Notes: a model not told the origin generated them from the sequence alone. A stretch of 64,000 nucleotides of DNA from Bacillota bacterium (GCA_021324295.1 JAJPJJ010000086.1:19991-83990); one strand, 5' to 3'. Numbered from the stretch's first letter, positions 39,373 through 47,023 are shown. Translations and numbers: made by a program.

Positions 39373-39810
39373 ATGCGCACGCGCGTGCTCCTCATCGATG
39401 CACAGACCTTGCTGCGGGAAGGCATCAAAGAGGTCTTCCGGACGGACCGGAGCATCGCGATCGTCGGCGAGGCCGGCGACGGGTACGATGGCGTCGCCCA
39501 GACCTCCACCCTGGCGCCAGACGTCGTGGTGATGGACGTGGCCCTGCCCGGAGGAGACGGGATCGCGACGATCAGGGCGATCAGGGCGCGGTGCCCGAGC
39601 ACACAAGTGGTCGTGCTCACCGACGTCGATGACGGCGGGGTGTACTGTAACGCGATCGCCGCCGGCGCAGCGGCCTATGTGCTGAAGACCCTTTCGCCCG
39701 CGGAGCTGGCGAGCACGATCCACACGGTCGCGGGTCGCGGGTGTGCCCCTCTACTTCCCGGCGTCGGGGCACACGTCACGCCCCACGCCTGGCCGCGGTC
39801 CAGCAGCTAG
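39373..39810 (+). CDS. Stand-alone NarL/LuxR-type receiver domain (no output domain; possibly truncated)
   Basis: MRTRVLLIDAQTLLREGI...DVVVMDVALPGGDGIATIRAIRARCPSTQVVVLTDVDD...AGAAAYVLKTLSPAEL. The ORF ends about 25 aa after the receiver with no LuxR HTH. Its last 60 nt overlap the convergent 39751..40620 ORF. Confidence 0.75.
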   Translation: MRTRVLLIDAQTLLREGIKEVFRTDRSIAIVGEAGDGYDGVAQTSTLAPDVVVMDVALPGGDGIATIRAIRARCPSTQVVVLTDVDDGGVYCNAIAAGAAAYVLKTLSPAELASTIHTVAGRGCAPLLPGVGAHVTPHAWPRSSS

Positions 39811-40620
39811 TGCAGCATCTGCGTCCGCGCCGCGCCCGCGGCGCGTGTACGCGAGGATCCTGGCCAGGAACTCCCGGCCGGCACGCGGGCCGCGGAAGCG
39901 GAGCTGTGCCCGGGGAGCCGGCCCGCTGATGACGCCCCCCGTGATCCCCCAGCATCGGCGCGCCATCGCGTTGATGCCGGCCAGGACGGCGGGCGTCCCG
40001 TGGAGCGTCAGCCTACCGCCGGCCGCGGCGCGACCAGCGGGCCAGTCCCCATCGGCATACCCGCGCAGGAACGGGGCCGCGAACCGCTCCGGTAGATCGT
40101 CCAGCAACCCCGGATCGCCTCCGTGTAGATCCGACGGAATGCCCCACGGGATGAGCGCCCGGCAGAGCGCCTGATCCCTGATATACAGCTGCCACCCCAG
40201 CAGGCTGCTGCGGCAGAATTCGTATCGCACGTGCGGCCCCGCGAGGTCGGCCATGAGCCTCTCCACGTAGGCCTGGGACTTCTCGCCGAGCGTGACGACA
40301 AGCGTGGCCGAGGCTCCCTGGCCCCATATGCATCCGGCGGCCGTGAGGAACCCCATCCAGTACACCTGCACGTCGGGGTCGGGCAGGCCCGGCGCGCCTG
40401 CCCGCGCCGCCAGCAGATCGGCAGGGTCGGCGAGACGGGGATCGCGCGCGGCGGCCAGCGTCCGCTCGACGACCTTCGCGGGCAGCTGGTACCGCTCCGC
40501 GATGTCGGCCGTGGTGCTGCCCCGGCGCGCGGCCGACCGGATCTGCAGCGTACGCCGGCGCTGTTCGAGATCCGCGGCGGTCGGGGTGCGGCGAGAGGTG
40601 CTCCTCCCCAGTGCGCCCAT
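39751..40620 (-). CDS. HTH + double LAGLIDADG-like (homing-endonuclease-derived) protein
   Basis: ATG 40620 lies 5 nt after the stop of the upstream small ORF. HTH-like STTADIAERYQLPAKVVERTL. Motif 1 is YWMGFLTAAGCIW (about aa 87-99) and motif 2 is APFLRGYADGDW (about aa 182-193), roughly 95 aa apart as in single-chain LAGLIDADG enzymes. Confidence 0.6.
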   Translation of the reverse strand: MGALGRSTSRRTPTAADLEQRRRTLQIRSAARRGSTTADIAERYQLPAKVVERTLAAARDPRLADPADLLAARAGAPGLPDPDVQVYWMGFLTAAGCIWGQGASATLVVTLGEKSQAYVERLMADLAGPHVRYEFCRSSLLGWQLYIRDQALCRALIPWGIPSDLHGGDPGLLDDLPERFAAPFLRGYADGDWPAGRAAAGGRLTLHGTPAVLAGINAMARRCWGITGGVISGPAPRAQLRFRGPRAGREFLARILAYTRRGRGADADAALAAGPRPGVGRDVCPDAGK

Positions 40621-40625
40621 CGCGA

Positions 40626-40856
40626 CTACAGTCCCGGCCGGGCCGGACAGTCGCGGCCCCGGTCCGTGATGACCGTCGCTCCGGACCCGCTCCCGCGGGG
40701 CCGGGCAACGAGCCCGTAACCGGCGCAGCGCAGGAGGCGGCGTTCCGCCGCGTCGCGCGGCAGACCGGGCGCGGCGGCGAGATCCTGGCTCTCTGCTCCG
40801 ACCGGCCACTCCGGCAGTGCGGCGAGCATGCGATTCCGGTCCTGGTCGAGCGCCAT
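40626..40856 (-). CDS. Small winged-helix-like DNA-binding protein (hypothetical)
   Basis: 76 aa: MALDQDRNRMLAALPEWPVGAESQDLAAAPGLPRDAAERRLLRCAGYGLVARPRGSGSGATVITDRGRD. GGAG lies 8 nt upstream of ATG 40856. Its stop lies 5 nt before the next ORF. Confidence 0.5.
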   Translation of the reverse strand: MALDQDRNRMLAALPEWPVGAESQDLAAAPGLPRDAAERRLLRCAGYGLVARPRGSGSGATVITDRGRDCPARPGL

Positions 40857-41027
40857 CGGTTACGCTCCGGGTGCGACGTGAGGTGCGGCGCCGGGGGCTC
40901 ACCGGAGGGGAGCGGGACGGGCAGGGACGCCGGGGGATCTCTCCGGCGGCGCGATCGCGGCGCCAGCCCGTCTGCCGGGAGGCTGCGTGTAGTGTAGCAT
41001 GGTTTTGCGGCGGCGTCGATGCGCAGC

Positions 41028-41045
41028 GTAACGGCCGTAACGGCC
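41028..41045. repeat. Perfect tandem 9-nt direct repeat GTAACGGCC x2
   Basis: Read directly at 41028-41036 and 41037-41045. It lies about 30 nt upstream of a TGcTACACT extended -10-like element (minus strand, 40999-40991), in the gap upstream of the 40856 ORF. Confidence 0.6.
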
Positions 41046-41140
41046 ACGCGGGCAAAGCCGGACAGGAGCGGCGATTCGGCGGGCGTCGTTCGAGCCGCGT
41101 GGCGCCGCCGGTCAGCTGGCCGACCCCGAGTCGGCAGCCC

Positions 41141-42466
41141 TCATGGGGTGGCGCCCCTGCCGCGTGCGGGAGCGCCGGCCGCCTCCTCCGGGCCCGCGCC
41201 GGCTGCGGATGGGACCACGCCCGGCCGCAGGACCTGGTAGAGGAAGATGGCGCCGAGCGCCCCGAGCCCGAGGTTGTTGATCTCGAAGGCCCCCGCCTTG
41301 ATGTCCGCGCCGCTCGCGGCCAGGATCAGCGGGATCGCCGCCGTCGCCAGGTTGGTGCGGTTCGAGAAGTCCACGCCCGCGTCGACCCAGATCTTGCCCC
41401 CGATCGCCGCGATGAGACCGAACAGGTACAGCTCGATGCCGCCGAGGACGCTCGTCGGCACGCTGTTCACCAGCGCGCCGAACTTTGGGATGAACCCGAG
41501 CAGAATCGCCACGACCGCCGCGAGCACATACACCGGGATCGAGAACACCCTCGTGATGCCCATGACGCCGATGTTCTCGGCGTACGTGGTCTCGCCGGTC
41601 CCGCCGAAGAGGCCGCTGAGCATCGTGCCGATCCCGTCACCCATGAACGCGCGGCCCAGGAAGCCCGTCAGGTCCCGCTTCATCAGGCCGCTGATCGCAT
41701 AGATGTGGCCGGTGTTCTCCGCGATGAGGACGATGGGGATGAACCAGAACAGGCTCACCGCCCGCAGGCTGAACTGCGGGGTGCTGAACTGAGGGTGGCC
41801 GATCCACGGCGCGGCGGCGACCGGGGCCAGGTTGACGTGGCACCCGGCCGCGGCGGCCGCGCAGTGGGGGGTGACGAGCGCCACCAGGTACCCGACGATC
41901 ACGCCGATCAGGACCGGCAGCAGGCGGGCGAACCCGCGCAGGTACACGCTGGCCAGGGCGGCCGCGAGCGTCGTCACGGTCGCGGTGAAGAGGTCCTTGG
42001 CGTAGCTGCCCCACGCCGCATTCGCGAGCGCGAGGCCGATGACGGCCACGACGGTCCCGGTGACGATCGGCGGCATGAAGAAGCGGATCACGCGGGCGCC
42101 GAGCGCGTGCACCGCGACGCCGGCGAGGAAGTACAGCGCCCCGGCGATCACGATGCCCGCGTAGGCCAGCGGCTGGTTGTGCCCCGCGCCTCCCTGGATC
42201 GCCAGCACCGAGCCGATGAACGAGAAGGACGATCCGAGGTAGCTGGGGATCTTGCCGCCCGTCACGCCGATGAAGACGAGCGTCGCGACCCCGCTGAAGA
42301 AGAGGACGGTGTTGACGTTGAAGCCGAGGATCAGGGGCACGAGGACGGTGGCCCCGAACATCGCCATGACGTGCTGGATGCCGAGCAGGACGGTCTGGAC
42401 CCAGGGCAGGCGGTCTTCGGGATAGTACACGACATCGCGTTCGGCCGCAACGCCGATCGTCGCCAT
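41141..42466 (-). CDS. NCS2-family nucleobase permease (uracil/xanthine permease type)
   Basis: LLGIQHVMAMFGATVLVPLILG, GGKIPSYLGSSFSFI, ENTGHIYAISGL and GETTYAENIGVMGITRV are typical NCS2 motifs. Confidence 0.9.
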   Translation of the reverse strand: MATIGVAAERDVVYYPEDRLPWVQTVLLGIQHVMAMFGATVLVPLILGFNVNTVLFFSGVATLVFIGVTGGKIPSYLGSSFSFIGSVLAIQGGAGHNQPLAYAGIVIAGALYFLAGVAVHALGARVIRFFMPPIVTGTVVAVIGLALANAAWGSYAKDLFTATVTTLAAALASVYLRGFARLLPVLIGVIVGYLVALVTPHCAAAAAGCHVNLAPVAAAPWIGHPQFSTPQFSLRAVSLFWFIPIVLIAENTGHIYAISGLMKRDLTGFLGRAFMGDGIGTMLSGLFGGTGETTYAENIGVMGITRVFSIPVYVLAAVVAILLGFIPKFGALVNSVPTSVLGGIELYLFGLIAAIGGKIWVDAGVDFSNRTNLATAAIPLILAASGADIKAGAFEINNLGLGALGAIFLYQVLRPGVVPSAAGAGPEEAAGAPARGRGATP

Positions 42467-42890
42467 CCCCGCTCCCCTCCCGTGTACGGACGTCCTCCGC
42501 CGCGGTCGTGGCTACCGCGCTCGCTCCCGCGGTTCCGCACGCCACCGTTTTAGCGGCTGGGCTACGGCTCGGGCATGCGATTCCACGAGTCGGCCAAGGT
42601 TGGTGCTGATGTTCTTCAGATGATCGAGAGGACCTCCCGTGGCCCGAAGTGCGGCCCGGTTCCGGCCGCAAGCGCGCTCCAGGGCCGGCATACGCAAGAG
42701 GGACGCCGGTAGCGCTTCGACGCTGGACGTGCGCGCCCGGCGGGCGACGATCCGGCCGGTCGGACCCGGATCCTCCGCGAGCGCCTCGCGGCACTACGCG
42801 GGCTCGTGGCGGGCCCCGCCGGTTCGACGGCCCGCAAGGCCCCCACCGCGGCCACAGCCTGCCACCGCGGATCGCACGCTCGGTTCCCGC

Positions 42891-43640
42891 TCAGGGCACG
42901 CGGGGCTCGTGACTGTTCGAGTCGCCGGTCCCGCGTACCGGACGCGCCAACGGTCCCCGGCCGATGCGGGCACGCAGCGTGAGGCCAGCGACGAGGCAGC
43001 CGGCCAGCGGGGGCATCCCCCACACGACCACGCCGGGCGCGGCCGCCGCGCCGTACCCGACCGCGACGAGGGCCGCCGTCATCGGCAACACGCCCAACGC
43101 CGTCGTCCAGACAAACGTCCCCCACCGGACCGGGGCCCGGCCGAGGGCGAAATTGAACAGGGCAAACGGGAACAAGGGGATGAATCGGATCACCAGCGCG
43201 ACCTGCCAGCCTCGCCGGACGAGCGCATCGGCATAGGCCACGAGCCCTTGGACGGGGCCCTGCGCAAGCGTGCGGCCACGGAGCGAGCGGCCGATGCCGA
43301 AGGCGAGCACGGCACTGCTCATCACCCCGGCCCACGAGACGGCCAACCCGCCCCAGAATCCGAAGACTGCTCCGTTGACGATGCCGAAGCTCTCGCCCGG
43401 GATCGGGACAAAGGTGTTGGCGACCATGAGGAGCACCGACACCATCGGCGCCCAGGGACCCCATCGGGCGAGGGGGACGCCGATCTGTTGGAAGGGAATC
43501 CCGCGCGGCAGCGGCGACACGCGGCGGATCTGAGGGTAGGCCACGGCCAGCAGAACGAGCCCGACGGCCGCCCAGACGCACGTCGTCGCGCGGCGCCGCA
43601 GCCGTGCGCGGACGCCGGCCTCGCGCAGGCCCCGCCGCAC
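42891..43640 (-). CDS. TVP38/TMEM64 (DedA-like, SNARE-associated) membrane protein
   Basis: VANTFVPIPGESFGIVNGAVFGFWGG...AFGIGRSL...LVIRFIPLFPFALFNFALGRAPV is the family signature. GTG start at 43640. Confidence 0.85.
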   Translation of the reverse strand: MRRGLREAGVRARLRRRATTCVWAAVGLVLLAVAYPQIRRVSPLPRGIPFQQIGVPLARWGPWAPMVSVLLMVANTFVPIPGESFGIVNGAVFGFWGGLAVSWAGVMSSAVLAFGIGRSLRGRTLAQGPVQGLVAYADALVRRGWQVALVIRFIPLFPFALFNFALGRAPVRWGTFVWTTALGVLPMTAALVAVGYGAAAAPGVVVWGMPPLAGCLVAGLTLRARIGRGPLARPVRGTGDSNSHEPRVP

Positions 43641-43642
43641 GG

Positions 43643-43804
43643 TCAGCCCATCTCCGCGCCCGGGAGCGTGAGGTCCAGGATCGCGGCGCCGTACCCGGCC
43701 TCCCCGCCGAGGTCCCGCCGCGCGCTGTGCCCGCGCGCCTCGAGGCCGCGGCGCGCCCTGTGGCCGAGCGCCTCGTCGTCTCCGACGACCAGGATATGGG
43801 GCAT
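43643..43804 (-). pseudogene. 53-codon N-terminal stub of a response-regulator receiver domain
   Basis: MPHILVVGDDEALGHRARRGLEARGHSARRDLGGEAGYGAAILDLTLPGAEMG then a stop. It ends exactly where the phospho-acceptor Asp loop (DL.LPG.DG) would continue. Confidence 0.5.
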
Positions 43805-44281
43805 CGTGTGCGGCACCGCTTCGTGCCCGGTCCGGATTCCTCCTCCGACCGACCCCTGCATCGCAGGCGCCGGCGGGGCGCCGGTGCGTCCAGTGCGCCC
43901 CGAGCTATCTGACGCCCGCACGATGGTGCTGGCAACCGATGGCTCGGGCACCGCCTCCGCCCTGCGCCCGTGTGGCCGCACGGGTGCTGCGGTCCGGGCC
44001 CTCGGGTCACCGTCCGGTGTCCGAGCGGTCGCAGCAATCGGCGTGACGCTACCGCCCGAGGAATGACAGCGACGGAGGGGGATCGACGGCGAGATCTGTG
44101 TCCGGACGCCGCGCTCCCCGGCGACCATACGCGTCTGGGTCGCGATCTCGTAACGGCCGCGCACACGGCCTGCGGCTGACCGGGCGTGCCAGCCGCGCCG
44201 CGCCGGGGCGCCCGGTACCGGAGTTGGCGGGACTGAAGCTGCGCCCGGCCTTCGCGGCGCGAGACGGGGCCTCGTCCACAC

Positions 44282-44355
44282 TGGCTGGGGGAGGAGGATT
44301 CGAACCCCCGCTAACGGGTCCAGAGCCCGTCGTCCTACCGCTAGACGATCCCCCA
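44282..44355 (-). tRNA. tRNA-Gln (anticodon CUG), CCA encoded
   Basis: Hand-folded cloverleaf of 74 nt. Acceptor TGGGGGA/TCCCCCA, anticodon stem ACGGG/CCCGT with loop CTCTGGA, T-arm GGGGG-TTCGAAT-CCTCC, discriminator G plus CCA. Confidence 0.88.
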
Positions 44356-44367
44356 CCGCGCCATCCC

Positions 44368-44397
44368 ATTATATCGGGGGCCGCAGAAACGTGTCAA
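44368..44397 (-). promoter_or_regulatory. Consensus sigma-70 promoter for tRNA-Gln
   Basis: On the minus strand: perfect TTGACA (44397-44392), an 18-nt spacer, then perfect TATAAT (44373-44368). The -10 ends 12 nt upstream of the tRNA 5' end. Confidence 0.7.
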
Positions 44398-44542
44398 ACG
44401 CGGTGGAACTGATCGCGCGCATCGCGTGCACGCCGCTCCACCGGGTCACGACCCGTGGTGTGGACGCGTCGCCTCTGCTACCATGGAGCTGTATCCCGCG
44501 CCGCCGGCGTCCGCGCGAGCCGGCCGCGGGCAGGAGGACCCG

Positions 44543-44728
44543 ATGGACACGCCCCGGCGCGAGGGCATCGAACGGGCGGCGGTCGCGTGCCCGCGGTGCC
44601 ACGAGGAGATGCACCCGCAGTTTCTCTACGAGGACCGGGAGCCGGATACATGGCTGTGCTTCTCGTGCGGGCACGTGGAGTGGGTCGACCCGGGCCGGGG
44701 CAGCGCCATCCCGGCCGTGGATCAGTAG
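44543..44728 (+). CDS. Small zinc-ribbon protein (hypothetical)
   Basis: ATG 44543 follows GGAGGA. 61 aa with CPRC...(19 aa)...CFSC (MDTPRREGIERAAVACPRCHEEMHPQFLYEDREPDTWLCFSCGHVEWVDP). Confidence 0.5.
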   Translation: MDTPRREGIERAAVACPRCHEEMHPQFLYEDREPDTWLCFSCGHVEWVDPGRGSAIPAVDQ

Positions 44729-45447
44729 TCGCCGCCCAGGAGCTCGGCGAGGCGCGCCGCGTTCGCGACCGCGAATCCCTCCCAGTCGTTGTTGAAGTAG
44801 ACGTAGGCGGTCCGGTCGCCGCAAAGGGCGCGGAGCTGGTCGGCCCACCGCCGGAGCTGCTCCTCGGAGTAGCATCCCCTGTCGACGCCGGAGTGGTGAA
44901 ACCGGACGTACACCCACGGGGCCGTCCGCACGATCCGGCGCGGGATCGTGGGGCTGTCCGCGATGCAGCACGCCACGCGGTGTCGGCGGAGCAGGCGGTA
45001 CACGGGCTCCCGGTGCCACGACGTGTGCCGGAACTCGATCGCGTAGCGATGGCCCTGGGGCAGCGCCCGGAGGAAGGCAGCGAGCCGCTCCTCGTCGCAG
45101 TGAAAGTTCGGCGCGAGCTGGAACAGGATCGGACCGAGCGCCCGCGCCAGCGGGCGGGCGCGGGCGAGGAGGCGCCGCACCGGACCGCGGCCGTCGCGCA
45201 GCCGCTTGATGTGCGTGATGAACCGGCTGGCCTTGACCGCGAAGACGAACCCGGCGGGGGCCGCGGCCCGCCAGGCGGCGAAGGTCGTGGCCTCAGGCAG
45301 CCGGTAGAAGCTGTAGTTGACCTCGACCGTGGGAAAGTGCCGGGCGTAATGGGCGAGCCACTCCTTCTGTGGCAGGCCGCGCGGGTAGAACCGTTCACGC
45401 CAGTGCGGATAGATCCATCCTGACGTCCCGATCAGAAACCGGCCCAT
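44722..45447 (-). CDS. DUF72 (YecE-like) family protein
   Basis: MGRFLIGTSGWIYPHWRERFYP...VEVNYSFYRLP...FAVKASRFITH...FQLAPNF...AIEFRHTSW...YVYFNND is the DUF72 pattern. ATG at 45447. Confidence 0.88.
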   Translation of the reverse strand: MGRFLIGTSGWIYPHWRERFYPRGLPQKEWLAHYARHFPTVEVNYSFYRLPEATTFAAWRAAAPAGFVFAVKASRFITHIKRLRDGRGPVRRLLARARPLARALGPILFQLAPNFHCDEERLAAFLRALPQGHRYAIEFRHTSWHREPVYRLLRRHRVACCIADSPTIPRRIVRTAPWVYVRFHHSGVDRGCYSEEQLRRWADQLRALCGDRTAYVYFNNDWEGFAVANAARLAELLGGDY

Positions 45448-45517
45448 CGCGCGTCCCCTGCCCCGGCGCGGGGCGCCGGGAGACCGTGGGGCGGGGCAGC
45501 CGCGGCGGGCGCGAGAC

Positions 45518-47023
45518 CTATCCCGCCGGCTGGGCGGCGGCCGGCGGCTCCGCGGCCTCGGCGAGCGCGATGGCGCGGGCGAGCCGCCGCAGGACCCGCT
45601 CCTTCCCGAGCACCTCCGCGAGCTCGAAGAGCCCGGGCCCCACCGTCTTCCCGGTGAGCGCGACGCGCAGCGGGTGGATGACCGCCTTGCCCTCGACGCC
45701 CAGCTCCGCCGCGGCCGCCCGCACCGCCGTCTCGATCGTGGGGGCGTCGAACGGGGCCGCCCCCGCGAGGGCCTGACGCAGCCGGCGGAGCAGCGTTGCG
45801 GTCTCGCGCCCGCGGAAGTACCGCCGCATCGCCTGCGGATCGTACGCCACATCGTCCTGGAAGAAGAAGTCGCCGTAGGTCCAGATGTCGCGCGGCAGGC
45901 GGAGTCGCTCCCCCATGATGCCGACGATGCGCTCGACGTAGGCGCGCTGCTCCGGGCTGATCTGGCCGCCGAGCACGCCCTGCTGCCGCAGGTACGCCAC
46001 GACGAGGTCCACGACGCGGTCCGGATCGCGGCCGTACACCCGCTGCATGTACACGCCGTTCATCCACGCCAGCTTCTGCGCGTCGAAGATCGCGCCGCTC
46101 CGGCCCATCTCCTCGATCCGAAACCGCTCGATCAGCTCCGGCACGCTGAAGATCTCCCGGCCGTCCTCCGGGTACCACCCCATCAGCGCGAAGAAGTTGA
46201 CGAGGGCCTCGGGCAGGTACCCTTGCGCCGCGTACTCCCGCACCGCGGTATCCCCGTGGCGCTTGCTGAGCTTCTTGCGGTCCGGTCCCAACAGCGAGGG
46301 AAAATGCGCCACCCGGGGCTGCCCCCATCCAAATGCCTCGTACATCAGGAACTGCCGCGGGGTGTTGGACAGATGCTCCGAGCCGCGGGTGATGTGGGTG
46401 ATGCGCATCCCGTGGTCGTCGACCACATTCGCGAAGTTGTACAGCGGTGTGCCGTCGGACCGCTGGATGATGAAGTCGTCGATGTCCGCGGGGTCGAATG
46501 CCACGCGGCCGAGGACCAAATCCTCGACGACGATCGGCGGGTGCCCCTGCGGCACCCGGAACCGCAGCGTCGGCCGCCGCCCCTCCCGCGCCCGCGCCGC
46601 CCGCTCCTCCACGGAGAGGCCGCGGCACCGTCCGGAGTACCGGTACGGCCGGTGCTCGGCCGCCGCCCGCCGGCGGTCCTCCTCCAGCTCCTCCGGTGTG
46701 CAGTAGCAGGGGTACGCCGCGCCCCGCTCTACGAGCAGGCCGGCGTGCTCCTGGTACAACGGCGCGCGTTCCGTCTGGCGGTAGGGGCCGTAGGGACCGC
46801 CGATGTCCGGTCCCTCGTCCCAGTCCAGCCCGAGCCACCGCAGGTCCTCGAGGAGCGCCTGCTCGTACGCCTCGGTCGACCGGCTCCGGTCGGTGTCCTC
46901 GATCCGCAGAATGAACTGGCCCTTGCCGTGGCGTGCGAGCAGCCAGGTGAAGAACGCCGTCCACGCGCCGCCCACCGTGAGGTAGCCCGTGGGGCTCGGG
47001 GCGAATCGGGTCCGCACGCTCAT
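45518..47023 (-). CDS. gltX: Glutamyl-tRNA synthetase (HIGH motif reads TVGG)
   Basis: RFAPSPTGYLTVGGAWTAFFTW...FILRIEDTDRSRS...GPYRQTER, the KMSKS-type KLSKRHG, and a full-length C-terminal anticodon-binding region. Confidence 0.92.
   Translation of the reverse strand: MSVRTRFAPSPTGYLTVGGAWTAFFTWLLARHGKGQFILRIEDTDRSRSTEAYEQALLEDLRWLGLDWDEGPDIGGPYGPYRQTERAPLYQEHAGLLVERGAAYPCYCTPEELEEDRRRAAAEHRPYRYSGRCRGLSVEERAARAREGRRPTLRFRVPQGHPPIVVEDLVLGRVAFDPADIDDFIIQRSDGTPLYNFANVVDDHGMRITHITRGSEHLSNTPRQFLMYEAFGWGQPRVAHFPSLLGPDRKKLSKRHGDTAVREYAAQGYLPEALVNFFALMGWYPEDGREIFSVPELIERFRIEEMGRSGAIFDAQKLAWMNGVYMQRVYGRDPDRVVDLVVAYLRQQGVLGGQISPEQRAYVERIVGIMGERLRLPRDIWTYGDFFFQDDVAYDPQAMRRYFRGRETATLLRRLRQALAGAAPFDAPTIETAVRAAAAELGVEGKAVIHPLRVALTGKTVGPGLFELAEVLGKERVLRRLARAIALAEAAEPPAAAQPAG

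Noticed and set aside
42467-42660. PyrR-binding loop or purine riboswitch upstream of the NCS2 permease. Also considered: tmRNA, SRP or RNase P-like strings (GGTGCTG, GGTTCGAC).
   Set aside because: The CGAGAGGAC string is on the wrong strand for a PyrR site. No purine-riboswitch junction nucleotides or RNase P, SRP or tmRNA conserved blocks could be assembled.
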